Sequence record: NC_027387.1
DNA: 38,810 nt
Source: Escherichia phage CICC 80001
Direction: 5' to 3' (one strand)
Positions 28,457 to 38,810 of the stretch are shown here, piece by piece. The translations under genes were made by a program, and so were the position numbers. Numbering within the stretch: position 1 is the first letter of the stretch; the number at the start of each line of letters is the position of its first letter. The notes beneath the pieces are model-generated. The model saw nothing but the letters and a program-made list of their open reading frames with translations, did no database searches and had not been told where the DNA came from.

Positions 28457-30841
28457 ATGGCGCTCATTAGCCAATCAATCAAGAACTTGAAGGGTGGTAT
28501 CAGCCAACAGCCTGACATCCTTCGTTATCCAGACCAAGGGTCACGCCAAGTTAACGGTTGGTCTTCGGAGACCGAGGGCCTCCAAAAGCGTCCACCAATG
28601 GTTTTCATTAAGACGCTTGGAGACAATGGTGCGTTGGGCCAAGCTCCGTACATCCACCTGATTAACCGTGATGAGAACGAACAGTATTATGCGGTGTTCA
28701 CTGGTACAGGAATCCGTGTGTTCGACCTCGCTGGTAACGAGAAGCAAGTTAGGTATCCTAACGGTTCCGACTACATCAAGACCGCTAATCCGCGTAACGA
28801 CCTGCGAATGGTTACTGTAGCAGACTACACGTTCATCGTTAATCGCAACGTTGCTGTACAGAAGAACGAAAAGTCTGTCAACTTACCGAATTACAACCCT
28901 AAGCAGGATGGATTGATTAACGTTCGTGGTGGTCAGTATGGTAGGGAACTAATTGTGCACATTAACGGTAAAGACGTTGCGAAGTATAAAATCCCAGATG
29001 GTAGCCAACCTGAACACGTAAACAATACGGATGCCCAATGGTTAGCCGAAGAGTTAGCCAAGCAGATGCGCACTAACTTGTCTGGTTGGGCTGTAAATGT
29101 TGGGCAAGGGTTCATACACGTTACCGCACCTAGCGGTCAACAGATTGACTCCTTCACGACTAAAGACGGATACGCAGACCAGTTGATTAACCCTGTGACC
29201 CACTACGCTCAGGCGTTCTCGAAGTTACCACCTAATGCTCCTAACGGCTACATGGTGAAAGTCGTAGGGGACGCCTCTAGGTCTGCCGACCAGTATTATG
29301 TTCGGTATGACGCTGAGCGGAAAGTTTGGGTTGAGACTTTGGGTTGGAACACTGAGAACCAAGTCCTATGGGAAACGATGCCACATGCCCTTGTGCGAGC
29401 CTCTGACGGTAATTTCGACTTCAAGTGGCTTGAGTGGTCTCCTAAGTCTTGTGGTGACATTGACACCAACCCTTGGCCTTCTTTTGTTGGTTCAAGTATT
29501 AACGATGTGTTCTTCTTCCGTAACCGCTTAGGGTTCCTTAGTGGTGAGAACATCATATTGAGTCGTACAGCCAAATACTTCAACTTCTACCCTGCGTCCG
29601 TTGCGAACCTTAGCGATGACGACCCTATAGACGTAGCTGTGAGTACCAACAGAATAGCAATCCTTAAGTACGCCGTTCCGTTCTCAGAAGAGTTACTCAT
29701 CTGGTCCGATGAAGCACAATTCGTCCTGACAGCTTCTGATACTCTCACGTCGAAGTCGGTTAAGTTGAACCTAACGACTCAGTTTGACGTACAGGACCGA
29801 GCGAGACCTTATGGGATTGGGCGCAATGTCTACTTTGCTAGTCCGAGGTCCAGCTACACGTCCATCCACAGGTACTACGCTGTGCAGGACGTAAGTTCCG
29901 TTAAGAACGCGGAGGACATCACAGCACACGTTCCTAACTACATCCCAAATGGTGTGTTTAGTATTTGTGGTAGTGGTACGGAAAACTTCTGTTCGGTGCT
30001 ATCTCATGGGGACCCTAGTAAAATCTTCGTGTACAAATTCCTGTACCTGAACGAAGAGTTAAGACAACAGTCATGGTCTCACTGGGACTTTGGGGCAAAC
30101 GTACAGGTTCTAGCTTGTCAGAGCATCAGCTCAGATATGTACGTTATCCTTCGTAATGAGTTCAATACGTTCCTAACTAAAACCTCTTTCACTAAGAACG
30201 CCATTGACTTACAAGGCGAACCTTACCGTGCCTTTATGGACATGAAGATTCGCTATACGATTCCTAGTGGAACATACAACGATGACACCTTCACTACCTC
30301 GATTCACCTACCAACAATCTACGGTGCAAACTTCGGGAGGGGTAAAATCACTATACTGGAGCCTGATGGTAAGATAACTGTATTTGAGCAACCTACGGCT
30401 GGGTGGAAAAGCGACCCTTGGTTGAGATTCGACGGTAACTTGGAGGGTCGAATGGTATACATTGGGTTCAACATCGACTTCGTATATGAGTTCTCTAAGT
30501 TCCTCATCAAGCAAACTGCCGACGATGGGTCTACCTCCACGGAAGACATTGGTCGCTTGCAGTTACGCCGAGCGTGGGTGAACTATGAGAACTCTGGGGC
30601 GTTCGACATTTATATTGAGAACCAATCGTCCAACTGGAAGTACACAATGGCTGGTGCTCGCTTAGGCTCTAACACTCTGAGGGCTGGGCGATTGAACTTA
30701 GGGACCGGACAATACCGATTCCCTGTGGTTGGTAACGCCAAGTTCAATACAGTGTCCATCTTGTCTGATGAGACTACCCCGCTGAACATCATTGGATGTG
30801 GCTGGGAAGGTAACTACTTACGGAGAAGTTCCGGTATTTAA
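28457..30841 (+). CDS. 12: gp12 tail tubular protein B
   Basis: 794 aa, near-identical to T7 gp12. Confidence 0.97.
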   Translation: MALISQSIKNLKGGISQQPDILRYPDQGSRQVNGWSSETEGLQKRPPMVFIKTLGDNGALGQAPYIHLINRDENEQYYAVFTGTGIRVFDLAGNEKQVRYPNGSDYIKTANPRNDLRMVTVADYTFIVNRNVAVQKNEKSVNLPNYNPKQDGLINVRGGQYGRELIVHINGKDVAKYKIPDGSQPEHVNNTDAQWLAEELAKQMRTNLSGWAVNVGQGFIHVTAPSGQQIDSFTTKDGYADQLINPVTHYAQAFSKLPPNAPNGYMVKVVGDASRSADQYYVRYDAERKVWVETLGWNTENQVLWETMPHALVRASDGNFDFKWLEWSPKSCGDIDTNPWPSFVGSSINDVFFFRNRLGFLSGENIILSRTAKYFNFYPASVANLSDDDPIDVAVSTNRIAILKYAVPFSEELLIWSDEAQFVLTASDTLTSKSVKLNLTTQFDVQDRARPYGIGRNVYFASPRSSYTSIHRYYAVQDVSSVKNAEDITAHVPNYIPNGVFSICGSGTENFCSVLSHGDPSKIFVYKFLYLNEELRQQSWSHWDFGANVQVLACQSISSDMYVILRNEFNTFLTKTSFTKNAIDLQGEPYRAFMDMKIRYTIPSGTYNDDTFTTSIHLPTIYGANFGRGKITILEPDGKITVFEQPTAGWKSDPWLRFDGNLEGRMVYIGFNIDFVYEFSKFLIKQTADDGSTSTEDIGRLQLRRAWVNYENSGAFDIYIENQSSNWKYTMAGARLGSNTLRAGRLNLGTGQYRFPVVGNAKFNTVSILSDETTPLNIIGCGWEGNYLRRSSGI

Positions 30842-30871
30842 TTGAATGTTCTCCCTGTGGTGGCTCGAAAT

Positions 30872-30894
30872 TAATACGACTCACTATAGGGAGA
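30872..30894 (+). promoter_or_regulatory. T7-type promoter phi13
   Basis: TAATACGACTCACTATAGGGAGA. Confidence 0.9.
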
Positions 30895-30921
30895 ACAATA
30901 CGACTACGGGAGGGTTTTCTT

Positions 30922-31338
30922 ATGATGATTATAAGACCTACTAAAAGTACAGACTTTGAGGTATTCACTCCGGCTCACCATGACATTCTTGAAGCTAAGG
31001 CTGCTGGTATTGAGCCGAGTTTCCCTGATGCTTCAGAGTGTGTCACGTTGAGCCTCTATAGGTTCCCTCTAGCTATCGGTGGTAACTGTGGGGACCAATG
31101 CTGGTTCGTTACGAGCGACCAAGTGTGGCGGCTTAGTGGAAAAGCTAAGCGAGAGTTCCGTAAGTTAATCATGGAGTATCGCGATAAGATGCTTGAGAAG
31201 TATGATACTCTTTGGAATTACGCATGGGTAGGCAATACGTCCCACATTCGTTTCCTCAAGACTATCGGTGCGGTATTCCATGAAGAGTACACACGAGATG
31301 GTCAATTTCAACTATTCACAATAACGAAAGGAGGGTGA
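30922..31338 (+). CDS. 13: gp13 internal virion protein
   Basis: 138 aa MMIIRPTKSTDFEVFTPAHHDILEAKAAGIEPSF..., near-identical to T7 gp13. Confidence 0.95.
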   Translation: MMIIRPTKSTDFEVFTPAHHDILEAKAAGIEPSFPDASECVTLSLYRFPLAIGGNCGDQCWFVTSDQVWRLSGKAKREFRKLIMEYRDKMLEKYDTLWNYAWVGNTSHIRFLKTIGAVFHEEYTRDGQFQLFTITKGG

Positions 31339-31341
31339 TTT

Positions 31342-31932
31342 ATGTGTTGGGCAGCCGCAATCCCTATCGCTATAGCTGGCGCTCAGGCCGTAGGTAGTCA
31401 GAACGCTCAAGCTAAAATGATTGCCTCACAGACAGCCGCTGGTCGTCGTCAAGCCATGGAAATTATGAGGCAGACGAACATACAGAATGCTGACCTATCG
31501 TTGCAGGCTCGAAGTCGCCTTGAGGAAGCGTCCTCTGAGTTGACCTCTCAGAACATGCAGAAGGTTCAGGCTATGGGGTCAATCCGAGCGGCTATCGGAG
31601 AGAGTATGCTTGAAGGTGCCTCGATGGACCGCATTAAGCGAGTCACGGAGGGTCAGTTCATTCGGGAAGCCAATATGGTAACTGATAACTATCGCCGTGA
31701 CTACCAAGCAATCTTCGCACAGCAACTTGGTGGCACTCAAAGTGCTGCAAGTCAGATTAGTGAAATCTACAAGGGTGAACAGAAACAGAAGAGTAAGCTA
31801 CAGATGGTTCTTGACCCATTGGCTATCATGGGGTCATCTGCTGCTAGTGCTTATGCGTCTGGGGCGTTCGACTCTAAGCCAACCACTAAGGCACCTATTG
31901 TTGCCGCTAAAGGAACCAAGACGGGGAGGTAA
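31342..31932 (+). CDS. 14: gp14 internal core protein
   Basis: 196 aa, near-identical to T7 gp14. Confidence 0.95.
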   Translation: MCWAAAIPIAIAGAQAVGSQNAQAKMIASQTAAGRRQAMEIMRQTNIQNADLSLQARSRLEEASSELTSQNMQKVQAMGSIRAAIGESMLEGASMDRIKRVTEGQFIREANMVTDNYRRDYQAIFAQQLGGTQSAASQISEIYKGEQKQKSKLQMVLDPLAIMGSSAASAYASGAFDSKPTTKAPIVAAKGTKTGR

Positions 31933-31938
31933 TGAACT

Positions 31939-34182
31939 ATGAGTAAGATTGAATCTGCCCTTCAAGCGGCACAGCCGGGACTCTCTCGGTTACGTAGTGG
32001 CGCTGGTGGTATGGGTTATCGTGCGGCGACCACTTATGCTGAACAGCCAAAGTCCAGCCTATTGGACACCATTGGTCGGTTCGCTAAGGCTGGTGCTGAT
32101 GTGTATGCTGCTAAGGAGCAACGAGCACGTGACCTAGCCGATGAACGCTCAAACGAGATTATCCGTAAACTGACTCCTGAGCAGCGTAGAGAAGCTCTCA
32201 ACAACGGAACCCTTCTGTATCAGGATGACCCATACGCTATGGAAGCACTTAGAGTCAAGACTGGTCGTAACGCTGCGTACCTAGTCGATGATGACGTTAT
32301 GCAGAAGGTCAAAGAGGGTGTATTCCGTACTCGTGAGGAGATGGAACAGTATCGCCACAGTCGTCTTCAAGAGGGCGCTAAGGCATACGCTGAGCAGTTC
32401 GGTATTGACCCTGAGGACGTTGACTATCAGCGTGGTTTCAACGGGGACATTACCGAGCGTAACATCTCGCTGTATGGCGCTCACGATAGCTTCCTGAGTC
32501 AACAAGCTCAGAAGGGTGCTGTTATAAACAGTCGGGTTGAACTCAATGGTGTTCTTCAAGACCCTGACATGCTTCGCCGCCCAGACTCTGCTGACTTCTT
32601 CGAGAGCTATATCTCAAATGGATTAGTTACTGGGTCGATACCAAGCGATGCTCAGGCTACACAGTTAATCAGTCAAGCGTTTAGTGACGCGTCCAGTCGT
32701 GCTGGTGGCGCTGACTTCCTGATGCGGGTTGGTGACAAGAAGGTAACACTCAACGGCGCAACAACAACTTACCGAGAGTTGATGGGCGAGGAGCAATGGA
32801 ACGCCTTAATGGTCACTGCGCAACGTTCTCAGTTTGAGAATGACGCTAAGCTGAACGAGCAGTATCGCTTAAAGATTAACTCTGCGTTGAATCAAGAAGA
32901 CCCTCGTACTGCGTGGGAGATGCTTCAAGGTATCAAAGCCGAACTAGATAAGGTTCAACCTGATGAGCAGATGACACCACAACGTGAGTGGCTAATCTCG
33001 GCACAGGAACAAGTTCAGAATCAGATGAACGCATGGACGAAGGCTCAAGCCAAAGCTCTGGATGACTCTATGAAGTCAATGAACAAACTTGACGTAATCG
33101 ACAAGCAGTTCCAGAAGAGGATCAACGGAGAGTGGGTCTCAACGGACGTTAAGGATATGCCAGTCAGCGAGAACACTGGTGAGTTCAAGCATAGCGATAT
33201 GGTTAACTACGCCAATAAGAAGCTCGCGGAGATTGACCGTATGGACATCCCAGATAGCGCCAAGGACATGATGAAGCTGAAATATCTTCAAGCGGACTCT
33301 AAGGACGGTGCATTCCGTACAGCAATCGTAACTATGGTGACTGACGCTAGTCAAGAGTGGTCTGCCGCTGTGATTAACGGTAAGTTACCGGAACGAACCC
33401 CAGCTTTGGATGCTCTACGTAGAATCCGTAATGCCGACCCACAGTTGATTGCTGCGCTGTACCCAGACCAAGCTGAGCTATTCCTGACTATGGACATGAT
33501 GGACAGGCAGGGTATTGACCCTCAGGTTATTCTTGATGCTGACCGACTGACTGCCAAACGTTCCAAAGAGCAACGCTTCGAGGACGATAAGGCATTCGAG
33601 TCTGCCTTGAATAGCTCTACGGCTCCTGAGATTGCCCGTATGCCAGCGTCACTTCGTGAATCTGCACGTAAGATTTATGACTCCGTTAAGTACCGCTCAG
33701 GTAACGAAAGTATGGCTATGGAGCAGATGACCAAGTTCCTTAAGGAATCTACCTACACGTTCACTGGTGACGATGTTGATGGTGATACCATTGGTGTAAT
33801 TCCGAAGAACATAATGCAAGTCAACTCGGACCCGAAATCGTGGGAGCAAGGTCGTGATATTCTGGAGGAAGCACGTAAGGGAATCATTGCGAACAACCGT
33901 TGGATAACCAACAAGCAACTGACCATGTATTCTCAAGGTGACTCCATTTACCTTATGGACACCACTGGTCAAGTCCGCGTCCGATACGACAAAGAGTTAC
34001 TCTCGAAGGTCTGGAGTGAGAACCAGAAGAAACTCGAAGAGAAAGCTCGCGAGAAGGCTCTGGCAGACGCGAACAAGCGAGCACCTATAGCTGCCGCTAC
34101 CAAGGCCCGTGAAGCTGGTGCTAAACGAGTCCGAGAGAAACGTAAACAGACTCCGAAGTTCATCTATGGACGCAAGGAGTAA
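31939..34182 (+). CDS. 15: gp15 internal core protein
   Basis: 747 aa, near-identical to T7 gp15. Confidence 0.97.
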   Translation: MSKIESALQAAQPGLSRLRSGAGGMGYRAATTYAEQPKSSLLDTIGRFAKAGADVYAAKEQRARDLADERSNEIIRKLTPEQRREALNNGTLLYQDDPYAMEALRVKTGRNAAYLVDDDVMQKVKEGVFRTREEMEQYRHSRLQEGAKAYAEQFGIDPEDVDYQRGFNGDITERNISLYGAHDSFLSQQAQKGAVINSRVELNGVLQDPDMLRRPDSADFFESYISNGLVTGSIPSDAQATQLISQAFSDASSRAGGADFLMRVGDKKVTLNGATTTYRELMGEEQWNALMVTAQRSQFENDAKLNEQYRLKINSALNQEDPRTAWEMLQGIKAELDKVQPDEQMTPQREWLISAQEQVQNQMNAWTKAQAKALDDSMKSMNKLDVIDKQFQKRINGEWVSTDVKDMPVSENTGEFKHSDMVNYANKKLAEIDRMDIPDSAKDMMKLKYLQADSKDGAFRTAIVTMVTDASQEWSAAVINGKLPERTPALDALRRIRNADPQLIAALYPDQAELFLTMDMMDRQGIDPQVILDADRLTAKRSKEQRFEDDKAFESALNSSTAPEIARMPASLRESARKIYDSVKYRSGNESMAMEQMTKFLKESTYTFTGDDVDGDTIGVIPKNIMQVNSDPKSWEQGRDILEEARKGIIANNRWITNKQLTMYSQGDSIYLMDTTGQVRVRYDKELLSKVWSENQKKLEEKAREKALADANKRAPIAAATKAREAGAKRVREKRKQTPKFIYGRKE

Positions 34183-34208
34183 CTAAAGGCTACATAGGGA
34201 GGCCCTAA

Positions 34209-37200
34209 ATGGATAAGTACGATAAGAACGTACCAAGTGATTATGATGGTCTGTTCCAAAAGGCGGCTGATGCCAACGGGGTCTCTTATGACCTTTTACG
34301 TAAAGTCGCTTGGACAGAATCACGGTTTCAACCAACAGCCAAGTCTAAAACTGGACCACTTGGCATGATGCAGTTCACCAAGGCCACGGCTAAGGCTATG
34401 GGGCTGCGAGTCACAGACGGTCCTGATGATGACCGACTGAATCCTGAATTAGCTATCAACGCTGCCGCTAAGCACCTTGCAGGTCTGGTAGGTAAGTTTG
34501 ATGGTGATGAACTCAAAGCTGCCCTTGCGTATAACCAAGGCGAGGGACGCTTGGGCAATCCGCAACTTGAGGCGTACTCTAAGGGAGACTTCGCGTCCAT
34601 CTCTGAGGAAGGACGTAACTATCTGCGTAACCTTCTGGATGTTGCTAAGTCACCGATGGCTGGACAGTTGGAAACTTTTGGAGGTATCACCCCAAAGGGT
34701 AAAGGTATTCCGGCTGATGTTGGACTAGCTGGAATCGGTCACAGTCAGAAAGTAACACAGGAACTTCCTGAGTCCACAAGTTTTGACGTTAAGGGTATCG
34801 AACAGGAGGCTCCGGCGAAACCATTCGCCAAGGACTTTTGGGAGACCCACGGAGAAACACTTGACGAGTACAACAGACGTTCAACCTTCTTCGGATTCAA
34901 AAATGCTGCCAAAGCTGAACTCTCCAACTCAGTCGCTGGGATGGCTTTCCGTGCTGGTCGTCTCGATAATGGTTTTGATGTGTTTAAAGACACCATTACT
35001 CCGACTCGCTGGAACTCTCACATCTGGACTCCAGAAGAGTTAGAGAAGATTCGAACCGAGGTTAAGAACCCTGCGTATATCAATGTGGTAACTGGTGGTT
35101 CCTCTGAGAATCTTGATGACCTCATTAAGTTAGCCAACGAAAACTTCGAGGCTGACTCCCGCGCTGCAGAAGCTGGTCTAGGTGCCAAACTGAGTGCTGG
35201 CGTTATTGGTGCTGGTGCAGACCCGCTAAGTTATGTCCCTATGGTCGGTGTGACTGGTAAGGGATTTAAGTTAGTCAATAAGGCTCTTGTAGTTGGTGCC
35301 GAAAGTGCAGCACTTAACGTGGCCTCCGAAGGTCTCCGTACCTCCGTAGCTGGTGGTGACGCTGACTATGCTGGTGCGGCCTTAGGTGGCTTTGTGTTTG
35401 GTGCTGGTATGTCCGCAATCAGTGACGCTATCGCTGCTGGACTGAAACGAAGTAAACCAGAAGCTGAGTTCGACAATGAGTTCATCGGCCCTATGATGCG
35501 AATGGAAGCCCGTGAGACCGCACGTAACGCCAACTCTACGGACCTCTCTCGTATGAACACTGATGGCATGAAGTTCGAAGGTGAACATAACGGTATTCCT
35601 TATGAGGACTTACCGACCGAGAAAGGTGCCGTGGTATTGCATGATGGTTCCGTTATAAGCGTAAGTAACCCAATCAACCCTAAGACTCTCAAAGAGTTCT
35701 CTGAGGTTGACCCTGAGAAGGCTGCGCGAGGAATCAAACTTGCTGGGTTCACCGAGATTGGCTTGAAGACCTTGGGGTCTGACGATGCTGACATCCGTAG
35801 AGTGGCTATCGACCTCGTTCGCTCTCCTACTGGTATGCAGTCTGGTTCCTCAGGTAAGTTCGGAGCAACAGCGTCTGACATCCACGAGAGACTTCATAGT
35901 ACTGACCAGCGCACTTACAATGACCTGTACAAAGCAATGTCTGACGCGATGAAAGACCCTGAGTTCTCTACTGGTGGTGCTAAGATGTCTCGCGAAGAGA
36001 CTCGTTACACTATCTATCGTAGAGCGGCATTGGCGATTGAGCGTCCAGAGTTACAGAGCGCACTCACTCCGTCTGAGAAAATCGTTATGGACATCATTAA
36101 GCGTCACTTTGACACCAAGCGTCAACTCATGGAGAACCCAGCAATCTTCGGTAATACGAAGGCTGTGAGTATTTTCCCTGAGAGTCGTCACAAAGGGACT
36201 TACGTTCCTCATGTATACGACCGTCACGCTAAGGCGCTGATGATTCAACGCTACGGTGCCGAAGGTTTACAGGAAGGGATTACTCGCTCATGGATGAACA
36301 GCTACGTCTCCAGACCTGAGGTTAAGGCACGAGTCGATGAGATGCTTAAGGAATTACATGGGGTGAAGGAAGTAACTCCAGAGATGGTAGAGAAGTACGC
36401 TATGGATAAGGCGTATGGTATCTCCCATTCTGACCAGTTCACCAACAGTTCCATAATCGAAGAGAACATTGAGGGCTTAGCGGGTATCGAGAACAACTCA
36501 TTCCTTGAGGCACGCAACTTGTTCGATTCGGACTTATCCATCACTATGCCAGACGGACAGCAATTCTCAGTGAACGACCTGAGGGACTTCGATATGTTCC
36601 GCATCATGCCAGCGTATGACCGCCGTGTCAATGGTGACATCTCCATCATGGGGTCTACTGGTAAAACCACTAAGGAACTTAAGGACGAGATTTTGGCTCT
36701 CAAAGCTAAAGCTGAGGGAGACGGTAAGAAGACTGGCGAGGTTCATGCTCTTATGGATACCGTTAAGATTCTTACTGGACGTGCTCGACGTAATCAGGAC
36801 ACTGTGTGGGAAACCTCGATGCGAGCTATCAATGACCTAGGGTTCTTCGCTAAGAACGCCTATATGGGTGCTCAGAACCTTACTGAGATTGCTGGGATGT
36901 TTGCCACAGGTAACGTGCGTGCTCTCGGTCACGGTATCCCAATTCTGCGAGATACACTCTACAAGTCTAAACCAGTTTCCGCTAAGGAACTCAAGGAACT
37001 CCATGCGTCTCTGTTCGGGAAGGAGGTGGACCAGTTGATTCGACCTAAACGTGCTGACATCGTACAGCGCCTAAGGGAAGCGGCTGATACCGGACCTGCT
37101 GTGGCGAACATCGTAGGGACCTTGAAGTATTCCACACAGGAACTGGCTGCTCGCTCTCCGTGGACTAAGGTGCTGAACGGAACCACTAACTACCTTCTGG

Positions 37201-38165
37201 ATGCTGCGCGTCAAGGTATGCTTGGGGACGTTATTAGTGCCACCTTAACAGGTAAGACTACCCGCTGGGAGAAAGAGGGATTCCTTCGCGGTGCCTCCAT
37301 AACTCCTGAGCAGATGGCTGGTATCAAGTCTCTCATCAAGGAACACATGGTCCGTGGTGATGACGGGAAGTTTACCGTTAAGGACAAGCAAGCGTTCTCT
37401 ATGGACCCCCGCGCTATGGACTTATGGCGACTTGCTGACAAGGTAGCTGATGAGGCAATGTTACGTCCGCATAAGGTGTCCTTACAGGATTCCCATGCGT
37501 TCGGAGCATTAGGTAAGATGGTGATGCAGTTTAAGTCTTTCACTATTAAATCCCTCAACTCTAAGTTCGTGAGAACCTTCTACGATGGCTACAAGAACAA
37601 CCGAGCGATTGACGCTGCGCTTACTGGTATCATCTCTATGGGTCTCGCTGGTGGTTACTACGCTATGGCTGCACATGTCAAAGCGTATGGAATGCCTAAG
37701 GAGCAACGTAAAGAATACTTGGAGCGCGCATTGGACCCAACCATGATTGCACACGCTTCGTTGTCTCGTAGTTCTCAATTGGGTGCTCCTTTGGCTATGG
37801 CTGACCTAGTTGGCGGTATCTTAGGGGTCGAGTCCTCCAAGATGGTTCGCTCCACGATTCTACCTAAGGACACCATGAAGGAACGAGACCCAAACAAACC
37901 GTACACCTCTAGAGAGGTAATGGGAGCTATGGGTTCGAACCTTCTGGAGCAGATGCCTTCCGCTGGCTTTGTGGCTAACGTAGGGGCTACCTTAATGAAC
38001 GCTGCTGGTGTGGTTAACTCACCTAACAAAGCAACCGAGCAGGACTTCATGACTGGCTTAATGAACTCGACCAAAGAGTTAGTACCTAACGACCCTCTTA
38101 CTCAACAGCTTGTGTTGAAGATTTATGAGGCGAATGGTGTTAACTTGAAGGAGCGCCGGAAATAA
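34209..38165 (+). CDS. 16: gp16 internal core protein with N-terminal lytic transglycosylase domain
   Basis: 1318 aa, same length as T7 gp16; N-terminal SLT motif ...TESRFQPTAKSKTGPLGMMQF. Confidence 0.97.
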   Translation: MDKYDKNVPSDYDGLFQKAADANGVSYDLLRKVAWTESRFQPTAKSKTGPLGMMQFTKATAKAMGLRVTDGPDDDRLNPELAINAAAKHLAGLVGKFDGDELKAALAYNQGEGRLGNPQLEAYSKGDFASISEEGRNYLRNLLDVAKSPMAGQLETFGGITPKGKGIPADVGLAGIGHSQKVTQELPESTSFDVKGIEQEAPAKPFAKDFWETHGETLDEYNRRSTFFGFKNAAKAELSNSVAGMAFRAGRLDNGFDVFKDTITPTRWNSHIWTPEELEKIRTEVKNPAYINVVTGGSSENLDDLIKLANENFEADSRAAEAGLGAKLSAGVIGAGADPLSYVPMVGVTGKGFKLVNKALVVGAESAALNVASEGLRTSVAGGDADYAGAALGGFVFGAGMSAISDAIAAGLKRSKPEAEFDNEFIGPMMRMEARETARNANSTDLSRMNTDGMKFEGEHNGIPYEDLPTEKGAVVLHDGSVISVSNPINPKTLKEFSEVDPEKAARGIKLAGFTEIGLKTLGSDDADIRRVAIDLVRSPTGMQSGSSGKFGATASDIHERLHSTDQRTYNDLYKAMSDAMKDPEFSTGGAKMSREETRYTIYRRAALAIERPELQSALTPSEKIVMDIIKRHFDTKRQLMENPAIFGNTKAVSIFPESRHKGTYVPHVYDRHAKALMIQRYGAEGLQEGITRSWMNSYVSRPEVKARVDEMLKELHGVKEVTPEMVEKYAMDKAYGISHSDQFTNSSIIEENIEGLAGIENNSFLEARNLFDSDLSITMPDGQQFSVNDLRDFDMFRIMPAYDRRVNGDISIMGSTGKTTKELKDEILALKAKAEGDGKKTGEVHALMDTVKILTGRARRNQDTVWETSMRAINDLGFFAKNAYMGAQNLTEIAGMFATGNVRALGHGIPILRDTLYKSKPVSAKELKELHASLFGKEVDQLIRPKRADIVQRLREAADTGPAVANIVGTLKYSTQELAARSPWTKVLNGTTNYLLDAARQGMLGDVISATLTGKTTRWEKEGFLRGASITPEQMAGIKSLIKEHMVRGDDGKFTVKDKQAFSMDPRAMDLWRLADKVADEAMLRPHKVSLQDSHAFGALGKMVMQFKSFTIKSLNSKFVRTFYDGYKNNRAIDAALTGIISMGLAGGYYAMAAHVKAYGMPKEQRKEYLERALDPTMIAHASLSRSSQLGAPLAMADLVGGILGVESSKMVRSTILPKDTMKERDPNKPYTSREVMGAMGSNLLEQMPSAGFVANVGATLMNAAGVVNSPNKATEQDFMTGLMNSTKELVPNDPLTQQLVLKIYEANGVNLKERRK

Positions 38166-38185
38166 TACGACTCACTATAGGGAGA
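38163..38185 (+). promoter_or_regulatory. T7-type promoter phi17
   Basis: TAATACGACTCACTATAGGGAGA. Confidence 0.9.
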
Positions 38186-38237
38186 GGTTAAAGAATCTTC
38201 TCCCTGTAGTCTCTTAGATTTACTTTAAGGAGGTCAA

Positions 38238-38810
38238 ATGGCTAACGTAATTAAAACCGTTTTGACTTACCAGTTAGATGGCTCCACTCGTGATTTCAAT
38301 ATCCCGTTTGAGTATCTAGCCCGTAAGTTCGTAGTGGTAACTCTTATTGGTGTAGACCGCCGTGTTCTCACGTTAAATACAGATTATCGCTTTGCTACTC
38401 GTACTACTATCTCACTGACTAAGGCTTGGGGGCCAGCGGATGGCTATACTACCATCGAGTTACGTCGAGTAACCTCCACGACCGACCGCTTGGTTGACTT
38501 TACGGACGGCTCAATCCTCCGTGCGTATGACCTTAACGTTGCTCAGATTCAAACGATGCACGTAGCGGAGGAGGCTCGCGACCTAACTGCGGATACCATC
38601 GGTGTCAACAGTGATGGTCACTTGGATGCCCGTGGTCGTAAGATTGTGAACCTTGCGTTCGCTACCAGTGACTATGATGCTGTCCCTCTGAAACAGATTA
38701 AGGACCGTGAGTCCTCTGTGTGGAATGCTGTTACCAAAGCTGATGAACATGCTGACCGCTCTACTCGTGAAGCTAACCGCTCTCGTGATGAGGCTGACCG
38801 TGCTAAGCGT
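38238..38810 (+). CDS. 17: Tail fibre protein gp17, N-terminal part (3' end runs off the window; 191 complete codons)
   Basis: MANVIKTVLTYQLDGSTRDFNIPFEYLARKFVVVTLIGVDRRVLTLNTDYRFATRTT... matches the T7 gp17 tail-attachment domain, then diverges into EADR/EANR repeats. Confidence 0.95.
   Translation, partial: MANVIKTVLTYQLDGSTRDFNIPFEYLARKFVVVTLIGVDRRVLTLNTDYRFATRTTISLTKAWGPADGYTTIELRRVTSTTDRLVDFTDGSILRAYDLNVAQIQTMHVAEEARDLTADTIGVNSDGHLDARGRKIVNLAFATSDYDAVPLKQIKDRESSVWNAVTKADEHADRSTREANRSRDEADRAKR

Noticed and set aside
38740-38810. Apparent truncation of gene 17 at the window end, considered as a deletion or pseudogene
   Set aside because: The reading frame continues cleanly into the window start (both ends on codon boundaries within the same repeat family), so it is better explained by circular permutation of the record than by a truncated gene

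Overview
The window is an essentially complete, circularly permuted genome of a T7-like podophage (Teseptimavirus-type, about 38.8 kb), all genes on the + strand. It begins and ends inside the tail-fibre gene 17; both ends fall on codon boundaries within EADR/EANR coiled-coil repeats. Gene order follows T7 throughout (comparison to T7 is from memory, not an alignment): 17.5 holin, 18, 18.5/18.7 spanins, 19 terminase, 19.5, terminal repeat with CTAAAG short repeats, tandem sigma70 early promoters, 0.3 (Ocr) to 0.7, gene 1 RNA polymerase, 1.1 to 2.5, 3, 3.5, 4A/4B, 4.3 to 4.7, 5, 5.5 to 7.3, 8, 9, 10A/10B, 11 to 16. Seventeen T7-type promoters (TAATACGACTCACTATAGGGAGA-like), the TE and Tphi terminators and several RNase III hairpins are visible. 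Differences from canonical T7 that deserve attention: (1) a 66-aa early ORF between genes 0.4 and 0.5, bracketed by duplicated RNase III sites, a candidate host-takeover or anti-defence gene; (2) a 110-aa ORF between tail fibre and holin, paired with a divergent fibre tip; (3) an HNH endonuclease after the terminase gene, while the T7 HNH-type genes 2.8, 3.8, 5.3 and 7.7 are absent; (4) a 1-nt frameshift splitting the DNA ligase gene 1.3; (5) a fourth consensus sigma70 promoter in the early array; (6) a roughly 14-aa insertion in DNA polymerase, a shortened gp1.7 and no gene 1.4. No tRNA, integrase, CRISPR array or lysogeny module was seen.
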